Below are positions 9,226 to 17,359 of a DNA stretch of 62,585 nucleotides, piece after piece; positions within the stretch are counted from its first letter, which is position 1, and the number at the start of each line of letters is the position of its first letter. The notes beneath the pieces were generated by a model. The model searched no databases and was not told the DNA's origin. It saw nothing but the letters and a program-made list of their open reading frames with translations. A program made the position numbers and the translations under genes. Location: positions 1 to 62,585 of IMG/VR virus record IMGVR_UViG_3300044813_000005. One strand, written 5' to 3'. Source of the DNA: a virus. Its lineage: Duplodnaviria; Caudoviricetes.

Positions 9226-10905
9226 TCAGTAGCCGACCACCCGGCGGCGCTTCGGCCGCTCCCGCCGAATCCACCCATCCAAACCCATCACCAACGCCGT
9301 AACACCGTCGATCCGGCGGGTCGTCTGCGCTCGGTCAGGCTTCACCGGCTTGATGTTGTCGTTCCCGTCCCGCACAACCTCAACGTCGGACACGTTCCAC
9401 CGCAACACCGGATGCCCGCCGTGACGGACATCCCCATTCAGCACCAGCCGCTCAAGCTCCTTCGACCCCGGCCCCAGTCCGACCAGCGTCTGCGCGATCG
9501 CCGCCGTCGGAATCCCGGCCGCGTCTAGATGCTGCACCATCTGGCCGGCGAACATCCGGTCATACGACAGCCGCCGCAGCCGGTACACCGAGTTGACCCG
9601 GCGAATCTCCGCCTCCACGTCGTCCAACTCGATCGTCGCGCCCTCAGACGTGTGCAGGAACCCTTCACGGCGCCACCGGTCCAACGGCACCCGCAACTGC
9701 CGCTCCAAATCGGGCAGGGCGTCCGCCGGCAGCCAGAACTGCGGCACCACCACAACCCCGGCCGGATTGTGCGGGTCCGCGAACACCAGCACCAGCGACG
9801 TCAGGTCCGACACCGCCGACAGGTCCAGCCCGGCCCAGCACTCGCGGCCGGCGAGCTCCGCAGGGTCGACCATCCCCGCCGACTGGTCCCACGCCCCCAT
9901 TGGCAGCCACCGCACCTGCTGCCGCATCCGCCGGTTCAGATGCAGCCGGCAGAACGTCGGATAGTAGGACGGCACCTCCCGCGCGCGGGCCGCTTCCTTC
10001 GCCAGGTACTCCAGCTTCGGGCTGATACCCAGGCCCGGGTTCGCCTTCCGCCACGTCGACTCAACGAACGCGTCGTCGTCGTCCTCGGCCGCCCAGATCA
10101 CCCCATACGACGTCGGGTCCGACACCACACCCTCTGCCACCCGGCGGGTGTACGTGTGCTTCTCCGCGTAGATCGTGTAGTCGTCACCCTCATCCGCCGT
10201 CGTGATGAAGATGACCAGCGGCTGATCCCGCGCCCCCGTACCCGTCTCGATCGCGTCGATCAGGTCCCGCCGCTTGTGGACATGGACCTCGTCGACGATC
10301 GCCGTCGACACGTTCAGCCCGTGCGCCACCTCGGCGACCTTCGACAGCGCCCGGAAGATCGCCCCCGTCGCCGGCACCTTTATCAGGTCGGCCTGGATGA
10401 CAGCCTTGCCTTGGAGCGCCTTCGCGGTGCGGGCCATGTTCCGCGCGTCGTTGAACACCAACTCGGCCTGCGGCAGCGACGCCGCCGCGCTGTACACCTC
10501 GGCGCCCGGCTCACCATCCGCGACCAGGCCCACCAGCGCCAGGCCCGACGCAACCGTCGACTTGCCGTTCTTCCGCGGCACCTCAATCCACACGGTGCGG
10601 ACCACCCGCGTCCCGTCCGGGTTCTTCCACCCGTAGATCGGGGCGATGATCCACACCACCTGCCACGGGTCCGGGTCCAACGGTGAGGACGACCAGCGGC
10701 CCTTCGTATGCCGAAACGCCCGCAACGCCTTGACGACCTTCACGACGGCGGCAACGTCGAACCAGGCGCCCGGTGCCAGGCCCGTGTCGTACGTGCAGAC
10801 CGCCGGCACGCACTCATCCCAGCCGTCCACCCGCAGGCCAGCCGCGCGCAACTCACCCAGGGCGTCGAACGGGATCGGCAGCCTAGCCGTCGTCGGACCA
10901 GTCAC
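9226..10905 (-). CDS. terL: Terminase large subunit
   Basis: Walker A VPRKNGKS, DEVH, ITTA, GLDLS, RIDGVTA. Confidence 0.96.
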   Translation of the reverse strand: MTGPTTARLPIPFDALGELRAAGLRVDGWDECVPAVCTYDTGLAPGAWFDVAAVVKVVKALRAFRHTKGRWSSSPLDPDPWQVVWIIAPIYGWKNPDGTRVVRTVWIEVPRKNGKSTVASGLALVGLVADGEPGAEVYSAAASLPQAELVFNDARNMARTAKALQGKAVIQADLIKVPATGAIFRALSKVAEVAHGLNVSTAIVDEVHVHKRRDLIDAIETGTGARDQPLVIFITTADEGDDYTIYAEKHTYTRRVAEGVVSDPTSYGVIWAAEDDDDAFVESTWRKANPGLGISPKLEYLAKEAARAREVPSYYPTFCRLHLNRRMRQQVRWLPMGAWDQSAGMVDPAELAGRECWAGLDLSAVSDLTSLVLVFADPHNPAGVVVVPQFWLPADALPDLERQLRVPLDRWRREGFLHTSEGATIELDDVEAEIRRVNSVYRLRRLSYDRMFAGQMVQHLDAAGIPTAAIAQTLVGLGPGSKELERLVLNGDVRHGGHPVLRWNVSDVEVVRDGNDNIKPVKPDRAQTTRRIDGVTALVMGLDGWIRRERPKRRRVVGY

Positions 10906-11113
10906 CGTACAGCGCCTCATGCCACATGCCGTTGGCCTCCCACGACGATGTCGTAGAAGGAGACAGCCGCGACAGCCAGCGGACCCCATCCGGGGCCATC
11001 CACTCGGCCACCAAAGCCCACCGCGTCAACACCGCACCCGGCCCCTGCACATCCTCCGGCGGCGCCGCATGCTGCTGCAACGCAGCACCCACCGCATCCA
11101 GGTCAGGCATCAC
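10883..11113 (-). CDS. Hypothetical protein
   Basis: Coupled between terS and terL. Confidence 0.6.
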   Translation of the reverse strand: MMPDLDAVGAALQQHAAPPEDVQGPGAVLTRWALVAEWMAPDGVRWLSRLSPSTTSSWEANGMWHEALYGDWSDDG

Positions 11114-11610
11114 ACGTCGAACGGGGAGGCACCATCATCGGCCTCCTCAACCTCCGGCAGCTTCCCCCGAGCAGATGGCGACAGCCCAAGCTCGCCGATG
11201 TAGCGCAGCAGCGTCGTCCGGTACTGGCCGGCGATCGTCGTCGCCCCGTTCTTCTGCCAGCCCCGCTCACCCTCCATCAGCAGCCCCTGACGGGACAAGG
11301 TGCGCTCACACTGGTCGATCCGCGCCACACACACGCAGTAGTCATGCAAGGTGCTGGCGTCCACATCGCCCAGCCCGGTCGACCGGCGCAGCACCGGGAC
11401 GATCCGCTGCCACTCCCGCGACGCAATCGCCCGGCAGCGCACAACCTCCGCACCGTCACCGGCGAACGTCTCCGACCAGTCCGGCTCCGACAACCCGTCC
11501 GGCGGGACATGCGCGCCCGCCGACCGCTTCCGCGACGCCGGCCGATGACCCGGATTACCCTCCCGAACCACCTGCAACGGCAGCTTCCGCGCCGCTCTCG
11601 GCACTCCCAC
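11110..11610 (-). CDS. terS: Terminase small subunit (P27 family)
   Basis: GNPGHRP, DYC, KNG, ELGLSPSAR; GGAGG 6 nt before GTG 11610. Confidence 0.9.
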   Translation of the reverse strand: MGVPRAARKLPLQVVREGNPGHRPASRKRSAGAHVPPDGLSEPDWSETFAGDGAEVVRCRAIASREWQRIVPVLRRSTGLGDVDASTLHDYCVCVARIDQCERTLSRQGLLMEGERGWQKNGATTIAGQYRTTLLRYIGELGLSPSARGKLPEVEEADDGASPFDV

Positions 11611-11788
11611 CACCGCCCTCCGACCGGGCGCGCTCACGGGCCGCGCGCTTCGTGTACGACACCAGAAACTTCCGGATCTCCTCCGACAGCAGCTCACCAC
11701 GCTCCGCCGCCGAAGACATCGCCTCCGACCACAAAGCGTCCTCAACACGGACCGCGCGGATCGGACGAGGCTTACGAGTAGTAGTCAT
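11555..11788 (-). CDS. Ribbon-helix-helix DNA-binding protein, candidate repressor
   Basis: PIRAVRVEDALW...LSEEIRKFL fits Arc/CopG RHH; leaderless ATG after TTGACA-18-CATGCT. Confidence 0.75.
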   Translation of the reverse strand: MTTTRKPRPIRAVRVEDALWSEAMSSAAERGELLSEEIRKFLVSYTKRAARERARSEGGGGSAESGAEAAVAGGSGG

Positions 11789-11794
11789 ACGGCG

Positions 11795-11828
11795 AGCATG
11801 CCACGCCGTCAATACGGCTGTCAACACA
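11795..11828 (-). promoter_or_regulatory. RHH gene promoter with tandem operator
   Basis: TGTGTTGAC-AGC-CGTATTGAC overlapping TTGACA; -10 CATGCT. Confidence 0.7.
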
Positions 11829-11835
11829 AAGGTAC

Positions 11836-11864
11836 TTGACACCGTGCCGCGAGGCGACTAACGT
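11836..11864 (+). promoter_or_regulatory. Divergent housekeeping-sigma promoter facing the cos candidate
   Basis: TTGACA-17-TAACGT. Confidence 0.55.
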
Positions 11865-11970
11865 TCCAGACGAGGCAGAAGCCCCCACGCGAGCGGCCAC
11901 CTCACCACCCCCGCAACACCAGCCAGGCCGCACAGCCGGCCAGCCACGCGCAAACACCTCGAACCGCGCC

Positions 11971-12016
11971 CAGCGCGCGCAGACCGTGACCGGTCTCGGG
12001 CGTGACGCGCGCGCGC
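11971..12016. other. Candidate cos/packaging cleavage site
   Basis: Dyad AGACCG-TGAC-CGGTCT (11981-11996) flanked by (GC)n runs, upstream of terS, at the strand-skew switch. Confidence 0.45.
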
Positions 12017-12530
12017 GGGTGCGCCCCCAGGTGGGTGTGCGGGTGCGCGCGTGTGTGTGCGTGTGCGCAGGCCCAGGCGCGCGTGTGCGGGCGCGCAGGC
12101 GTGTGCGCAGGTGCAGGTGTGCGTGTGCGCGTAGGCAGGCGCACAGGCGCGCGTAGGTGCAGGTGCGCGGGTGCGTGTGTGTGCGCGTGCGGGCCTGCCG
12201 GCGTGTGTGCGCGTGTGCGTGACTGTGCGTAGGCGCGTGCCTGTGCGTGCCTGCCTGAGCGTGTGTGTGCGCGGCTGAGCTCGTGCGTGCTGGCGTGTGC
12301 GCTGCTGGGTGTGCGTGTGTGCCCGCTTGTGTGTGGCGTGTCTGTGTGTGCGTGTCAGGTGCGGCGCTGGTGTGTGTGCAGCCCCGTGTGCTGGCCGTGG
12401 GCGGGCATGTAGCCGTGGTGCCTGAGCTGCGTGTGCGTCATCTGTGTGCTTGCTGTTGCTAGCGCTTGCTGTTGCTAGCACCCTGCCGGCCGAGCTGCCG
12501 GAGCTGCGCTGTGTGCGTGTCCGGTATGTG
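12001..12530. repeat. Alternating purine-pyrimidine (GT/GC)n low-complexity tract
   Basis: Directly visible; includes 16-bp tandem GCTTGCTGTTGCTAGC x2 at 12448-12479. Confidence 0.9.
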
Positions 12531-12546
12531 GGACGGTCACCCTGTC

Positions 12547-12579
12547 CGTATTGACAGACGTATGCACACGGACTAGTGT
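12547..12579 (+). promoter_or_regulatory. Island promoter P1
   Basis: CGTATTGAC-AGA-CGTATGCAC; TTGACA-17-TAGTGT. Confidence 0.85.
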
Positions 12580-12630
12580 TCTAGTTACCGGCAGGGCACA
12601 AGCCCAGCCACAAGCACAGAGGAGCTAGAC

Positions 12631-12963
12631 ATGAACAAGCGCACTGCACTCCAGACGGCCGGCGCATTCGTTGCCAGCGTGGCAGCCACGACCGTGCTCA
12701 CCATGCCGGCCGCACACGCTGCGACCCGCAACCCGGACGCTTACTGCCAGTGGAGCATCTTGCAGGGCACGGTCACGGTCCTCGCCACGCGGCCGGGACT
12801 GGACGGGGCGCGGTTCGTGGTGGACACGCGCGACGGCCGCCAGTACGTGTCCTACCTGACCAGTGAAGGCATGGCGAACCTGCCCACTGGCAGCAACGAG
12901 GGACACGGCTACGGCTACGTGCGGCGCGTGGCCGTGGCCGGGCACCGTTGCGGCGTTGCGTGA
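12631..12963 (+). CDS. Small secreted protein
   Basis: GAGGAG RBS; signal peptide ending AHA. Confidence 0.7.
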   Translation: MNKRTALQTAGAFVASVAATTVLTMPAAHAATRNPDAYCQWSILQGTVTVLATRPGLDGARFVVDTRDGRQYVSYLTSEGMANLPTGSNEGHGYGYVRRVAVAGHRCGVA

Positions 12964-13127
12964 TGGCGACGTTTGCCTACGCCGTGACGGTAAGCGCGAA
13001 CACGGCTGCGGAAGCGGAGCGCGTGATGGTGGAGCGCGTCGGGTACTCCGAGGATTACGGGTTTGACTACCTGATCGACTATGCGCGCGCCGACGGTGCG
13101 AATGTGGAGCCCGTCGAGATCGACTAG
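12963..13127 (+). CDS. Small acidic protein (54 aa; MATFAYAVTV...GYSEDYGFDYLIDY)
   Basis: TGATG coupling; below ORF-track cutoff; followed by terminator. Confidence 0.7.
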   Translation: MATFAYAVTVSANTAAEAERVMVERVGYSEDYGFDYLIDYARADGANVEPVEID

Positions 13128-13139
13128 CAGCCGCAACCT

Positions 13140-13170
13140 AACGGGCCGTCCCTACGGGGGCGGCCCGTTT
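13140..13170 (+). terminator. Intrinsic terminator, cUACGg loop
   Basis: AACGGGCCGTCCC-TACG-GGGGCGGCCCGTT. Confidence 0.8.
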
Positions 13171-13200
13171 GCGTGTCTGCCCCGGCATTCCCGTCACTCC

Positions 13201-13233
13201 CGTATTGACAACCGTATGCACACATGGCACGAT
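13201..13233 (+). promoter_or_regulatory. Island promoter P2
   Basis: CGTATTGAC-AAC-CGTATGCAC; TTGACA-17-CACGAT. Confidence 0.8.
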
Positions 13234-13351
13234 GTACATACAGGACGGAGATACGGGAGGCGAGTCAGATGGGCGTAGTGAGCATGGCATCGGGACTGCT
13301 GATAGCGGCGGCCGCTTGGGTGAGCGTGTGGGCTGACAGGCAGGCGCACCG

Positions 13352-13915
13352 ATGAGCGCCGCAGTGGACTACTTCCGGGCGACAGGCGCAGAGCTGGCGG
13401 CACTTGCCGGGCAAGGTGACAGCGCGGCCGGTGCGGAGATCGCGCGGCGTGCTGCTAAGCGGGCAGCCAAGCGGGGGCAGGCCGTGCAGCCGGCCGGGCC
13501 CGTACCGGCGCCCGTGAAGGTGAAGGCGCCGCGGAAGATGTCCCCGCGGATGGCGGACCTTCACGCCGGATACGTGCTGGCACGGGAGGCGCAGACATTG
13601 CGCGCGGAAGCGGCGTGTGGTGCGAACGCGACGGAGCTCGCGTCCTACTTCGGCACGGATGGCCAGATGGACGCGGTCGAGCAGCGTGTGACGTGGAAGC
13701 AATGGCTACGGGACACGGCGTCTGGTGCGGCCGGTGAGGCTGCGCAGCGTGCGTACTCCGATGGGGTGGCGCTGGGCGTGCGGATGGCGGCCGGCGAGGA
13801 CGTGTCTAACGCGGAGTATGACGCTGCGGAGCTTGCGGCTGGTGGGGATGCGGAGATGTTCGCCGATGGTGTGGCGGCTGGGCTGGGCCGTGCGGCTGAG
13901 TCTGTGGCAGTGTGA
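13352..13915 (+). CDS. Hypothetical protein
   Basis: 187 aa, good codon usage, downstream of P2. Confidence 0.7.
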   Translation: MSAAVDYFRATGAELAALAGQGDSAAGAEIARRAAKRAAKRGQAVQPAGPVPAPVKVKAPRKMSPRMADLHAGYVLAREAQTLRAEAACGANATELASYFGTDGQMDAVEQRVTWKQWLRDTASGAAGEAAQRAYSDGVALGVRMAAGEDVSNAEYDAAELAAGGDAEMFADGVAAGLGRAAESVAV

Positions 13916-13930
13916 ACAAACCTTGCCGCA

Positions 13931-13968
13931 CGTATTGACAGACGTATGCACGTCGTGGGAGTATGTAC
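13931..13968 (+). promoter_or_regulatory. Island promoter P3
   Basis: CGTATTGAC-AGA-CGTATGCAC plus third half-site AGTATGTAC. Confidence 0.8.
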
Positions 13969-14000
13969 CTATCGGCAGGACACACACAGAGGAGAGCGAC

Positions 14001-14348
14001 ATGGCGGAGTACATCGACACCCGGGACCTGCAAGAGGAGCTTGACGCGCTGGTCGCCCGCCGAGATGACGTGCAGCGATCGGAGCCGCTGACCGGCGAGG
14101 ACCAGGAGCGACTGACCGCGCTTGAGGAGTTGGCCGGGAATGTGGGCGACGAGTTCCGCTATGGCGCGACGATGATTCCCGAACGTGACTTCGAGGACTA
14201 CGCGCGCGAGCTGGCGGAAGACATCGGCGCGATCTCCGGTGACGAGAAGTGGCCGGCCACGTGCATCGACTGGAAGCGCGCGACGTGGGAGTTGAGCATG
14301 GATTACTCGATGGTGACGTGGGAGGGCATCGACTACTACGTGAGGTAG
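14001..14348 (+). CDS. ArdA-like acidic antirestriction (DNA mimic) protein
   Basis: GAGGAG RBS; very acidic; DFEDYARELAEDIG...CIDWKRATWELSMDY resembles ArdA C-terminal domains. Confidence 0.7.
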   Translation: MAEYIDTRDLQEELDALVARRDDVQRSEPLTGEDQERLTALEELAGNVGDEFRYGATMIPERDFEDYARELAEDIGAISGDEKWPATCIDWKRATWELSMDYSMVTWEGIDYYVR

Positions 14349-14365
14349 CGCAGCTCGCACGGTTT

Positions 14366-14399
14366 CGGCCCGGTCGCTACGGCGGCCGGGCCGTTTCGT
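14366..14399 (+). terminator. Intrinsic terminator, cUACGg loop
   Basis: CGGCCCGGTCGC-TACG-GCGGCCGGGCCG-TTTCGT. Confidence 0.8.
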
Positions 14400-14436
14400 C
14401 TGTCCGGGCAAAGTTTCTTGTGCCAATCCCCATGTA

Positions 14437-14469
14437 CGTATTGACAGGCGTATGTACATGAGGCAGGAT
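14437..14469 (+). promoter_or_regulatory. Island promoter P4 (leaderless)
   Basis: CGTATTGAC-AGG-CGTATGTAC; TTGACA-17-CAGGAT, ATG 6 nt later. Confidence 0.8.
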
Positions 14470-14475
14470 TGACCT

Positions 14476-15009
14476 ATGAGCGAGACACGGACCATTCACT
14501 GCGACTGCCCGGTATGTGACGGGGCGGCCGTCCAGGTCACCGGCTCCACGTTGAGCCTTACCCGAGCCATGCGTCACCGCATGGTCACCATCGCACGTCA
14601 AGCGCAGAGGAGCGCAGCATTGAGCACGAACATTGAGACGGTCGGCGCGACCGCCCGCGGGCAGTACGGGGAGCTCGCCCGGATCGTAGAAGTGCTGGAA
14701 TGGACCAGGCTTAGCGCGCAGCACTTGACCAGTCCGGGTGATGTTGTGGTCCGGCTTGAGCAAGTCGGGCTCGGATTCAATCACACGTCATCGTGGGCGA
14801 GTGACCTGACGCCGGCCGAGCCTGGCGACGTCGGCGCGCATCCGGAACCGGACGCTAACGGCTTCACCTGGCACTACGTCCCCGCATCCTGGCGCACGGA
14901 GCCCGCAGTCGGCGAGGACGACGACACGTGCGAGGGATGCACTGCGGGCCCGGGTGAGCCGTGCCGGTGGGGATGCCTGTCGAACGTCGACAACGGGGCG
15001 CAGTCATGA
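14476..15009 (+). CDS. Hypothetical Zn-binding protein
   Basis: CDCPVC N-terminal, CEGC...CRWGC C-terminal. Confidence 0.65.
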   Translation: MSETRTIHCDCPVCDGAAVQVTGSTLSLTRAMRHRMVTIARQAQRSAALSTNIETVGATARGQYGELARIVEVLEWTRLSAQHLTSPGDVVVRLEQVGLGFNHTSSWASDLTPAEPGDVGAHPEPDANGFTWHYVPASWRTEPAVGEDDDTCEGCTAGPGEPCRWGCLSNVDNGAQS

Positions 15010-15221
15010 CGACCGTGACCATGCCCGCGGGCCTGCTGGCCGCGTACAGCCGGTCAGGTGTCCCCACCTACTGCCCCGACTGCTGGGAGCAGATCGACGC
15101 GTACGACGACCACACAGACGGCATCTGGGCGGCGTGCCCATGCTCGGCCGGATACGTCGGCACCAGCCTGACGGTGCTCACCCACTCGGACCACGCGCCG
15201 ACCGCTTGGCAGCTCGCGTGA
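15006..15221 (+). CDS. Small Zn-ribbon protein
   Basis: ATGA coupling; CPDC...CPC. Confidence 0.6.
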   Translation: MTTVTMPAGLLAAYSRSGVPTYCPDCWEQIDAYDDHTDGIWAACPCSAGYVGTSLTVLTHSDHAPTAWQLA

Positions 15222-15394
15222 CCGCGGGCGCCCGCGTCGATGGGCACACGATCGCTAGGGCCGTACGGCGACCGGGCAGGCATCTCGTACGGGACACGTC
15301 CGGGCAGTGGGCGGCCGTGTGGACAGACGACCAGGGCCGTATTGCCAGGGTAGGACCTTGGCTGGCCGTATTGACATGCGTACCGACAACCTGA
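15218..15394 (+). CDS. Small hypothetical protein
   Basis: GTGA coupling. Confidence 0.45.
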   Translation: MTAGARVDGHTIARAVRRPGRHLVRDTSGQWAAVWTDDQGRIARVGPWLAVLTCVPTT

Positions 15395-15400
15395 GAGGAT
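15367..15400 (+). promoter_or_regulatory. Island promoter P5 (leaderless)
   Basis: CGTATTGAC-ATG-CGTACCGAC; TTGACA-18-GAGGAT. Confidence 0.7.
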
Positions 15401-15407
15401 GTGCGGC

Positions 15408-15668
15408 ATGGTGATAACGGGAAACGGAAACAGACTGGACACACTGACCGCGGCGCGGGTAGCCGTGCGGCTGTACGCGGACGGACGCACGTTCACGGAG
15501 ACGCTACTACTCGATCCGGACGACCGGACGGGTGGCGTGTGGGTGACGTATCGGGCCGACATCGGCGACCACGGCGACACATACCAGGTAGTGCTAACGG
15601 AAGCGCCGATGCCCACGGGCAAGGCGCACGAGCTCGCCGGCCTTGTGCTGGCGGGAAAGGTTGCATGA
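15408..15668 (+). CDS. Hypothetical protein
   Basis: ATG 7 nt after P5 -10. Confidence 0.6.
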   Translation: MVITGNGNRLDTLTAARVAVRLYADGRTFTETLLLDPDDRTGGVWVTYRADIGDHGDTYQVVLTEAPMPTGKAHELAGLVLAGKVA

Positions 15669-15892
15669 TGCGACACCTAACGCTGACCGGCCTGTACGCC
15701 GGCCGCACGGTGTGCGGTCAGTCGAAGGATGGCGCGCAGGCTGTGCATGCGGTGTGGGCGCCGGAGTGGATGCTGACCGACGCTGACACGTGCGCGGCGT
15801 GCCGGCATGCGTGGGAGTGCGAGTCGGACCCATGCGAGACGTGCGACACGATCACGATTGCGCCCGTGTTCCCAGCGATGGTGACCGCGTGA
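15665..15892 (+). CDS. Small Cys-rich protein
   Basis: ATGA coupling; CAAC, CETC. Confidence 0.6.
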   Translation: MMRHLTLTGLYAGRTVCGQSKDGAQAVHAVWAPEWMLTDADTCAACRHAWECESDPCETCDTITIAPVFPAMVTA

Positions 15893-16167
15893 CCGCCCCG
15901 GCGTATGCCCGGCCGGCCGCCGTGCCGGCTGTGATGCCACGGTGGGACTGGCGCGACGCCGAGCTGTACGGCCGGGAATGGCTGGCCGGGCTGCGGCGGC
16001 GCCGGCCGACCGTGGCGCTGGCGTTGACGACGGCGGCGGCCGTGCTGCTGGCCGTGGTGCTGCTGCTGGCCCTGTCCGCGGCGGTCGGGCTGTGGCCGTT
16101 GTGGGCGGTACGGCGGTCGCTACGGGCACGGAGAGCGCCGGCCGTAGGGACGCCCGCTGAGGAGTAA
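15889..16167 (+). CDS. Small membrane protein
   Basis: GTGA coupling; long hydrophobic segment. Confidence 0.6.
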   Translation: MTAPAYARPAAVPAVMPRWDWRDAELYGREWLAGLRRRRPTVALALTTAAAVLLAVVLLLALSAAVGLWPLWAVRRSLRARRAPAVGTPAEE

Positions 16168-16173
16168 CGCGCG

Positions 16174-16737
16174 CTAGGCGAATGCTGCTAGGTACTCGCG
16201 CGCGACCACGATCCAGGCATCCTCTTCCAGCAGTCCTAGCCGTGTGTTGCACCGCGTGCAGAGCGCACCGCGCACCGTGCCCGCGGCGTGGCTGTGGTCC
16301 AGCTCGGTCGCCTGCCTGTCACGGCACAGCCAGCACGCACCGGCGTACCGCCCGCGTAGCGCATCCCACTGCGCCTGCGTCACGCCGTAACGCTTCATCC
16401 GATGCTTCGCCGCACGGTCCGGCGCGCACGTCTGGCACCAGCGCATCGCGCTATGGAACGGCGCGTAGCTCGCGCCACAGCCCTCGCAGACCTTTTCCGG
16501 CCCGAACGGCTCTCGCGGCCCGACCCGCGGTACGGCCATCCGGCCACGGCGGGCCATCTCTGCCGGCGTAGCGCGTTCCCTCGCGGCTCTGACCAGGCAG
16601 TCGTTGGAGCACATCGTCCGGCTCGCGTTGCGGTAGTGCTTGACGAACACCTTGCCGCATGGCCCGTAGGCGCAGTCGGCGTAGCGGACGGTGCAGTACG
16701 GTTTCATCCTGTCGGCCTGCTCTCTCAGGTTGACCAC
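16174..16737 (-). CDS. Endonuclease VII-type homing endonuclease
   Basis: RYGVT..., CWLC, LDHSH..GTVRGALCTRCN.RLG; N-terminal Zn fingers. Confidence 0.88.
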   Translation of the reverse strand: MVNLREQADRMKPYCTVRYADCAYGPCGKVFVKHYRNASRTMCSNDCLVRAARERATPAEMARRGRMAVPRVGPREPFGPEKVCEGCGASYAPFHSAMRWCQTCAPDRAAKHRMKRYGVTQAQWDALRGRYAGACWLCRDRQATELDHSHAAGTVRGALCTRCNTRLGLLEEDAWIVVAREYLAAFA

Positions 16738-16983
16738 GCCCCCGGACGGTTGCCGCCGTCGCGGGGGTTCCTTGCTCTGATTCTACTACTCGCGCAGTCC
16801 CTTTATATATTTTCCGGCCCTATAGCCCCGGCCGTCCCTTCATGCGTCATGTACCTGGCAGGTCATGTAGCGCCGGGCGTCATGTAGCAGAGGCTGGCAC
16901 GGAGGGGCAGGCACCTCATGTGGGGGACGCTGCCACGGAGGCAGGCCGGACGTTTGGGATTGCTTTCCTAATCCGGCGGGCTT

Positions 16984-17358
16984 TCAGAAACGGACCCCCC
17001 AGGAGGGGTCACGGCCGAACGTGTGCTCCTCAAGTGCGCCGCGGCGGGAGTGACACGGCCGGCACCGGGCCTGCAAGTGTTCGTCGGCATCGGGATGTTC
17101 GACGCCGGCGGCGACCAGCGCACGCCGGGAGACGGGGGCGTGGTCGGCTTCGGTCGCGGGGGCGCCGCAGTCGACGCAAGTGGAGTGACGCTTGAGGTAC
17201 GACCCGCGGATGAGCTTCCATTTGGGGCCGTACCCGCGGGCCGCCGCGGAGCCTCGGTTCCGTTCGAACGCCTGCCGGTGGTCGGGGCACCGTCCGCCGC
17301 CGGGGACGAGCTCCGAACAGGTGGGGTGGGTGCAGGGCGTGGACGGCTTGCGCGGCAT
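16984..17358 (-). CDS. Packaging-associated HNH endonuclease (HK97 gp74-like)
   Basis: MPRKP.TPC...RCPDH, RGSAAARGYG..W, CVDC, DH, CRPCHS. Confidence 0.85.
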   Translation of the reverse strand: MPRKPSTPCTHPTCSELVPGGGRCPDHRQAFERNRGSAAARGYGPKWKLIRGSYLKRHSTCVDCGAPATEADHAPVSRRALVAAGVEHPDADEHLQARCRPCHSRRGALEEHTFGRDPSWGVRF

Positions 17359-17359
17359 G

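Noticed and set aside
11858-12481. 207-aa His/Thr/Arg-rich ORF and other ORFs over the GT/GC tract
   Set aside because: Translation of a dinucleotide repeat; no RBS or normal codon bias
12547-15400. CRISPR array or integron cassettes from the repeated 21-bp motif
   Set aside because: Spacing is 500-930 bp with genes between; repeats coincide with -35 elements and are not attC-like palindromes
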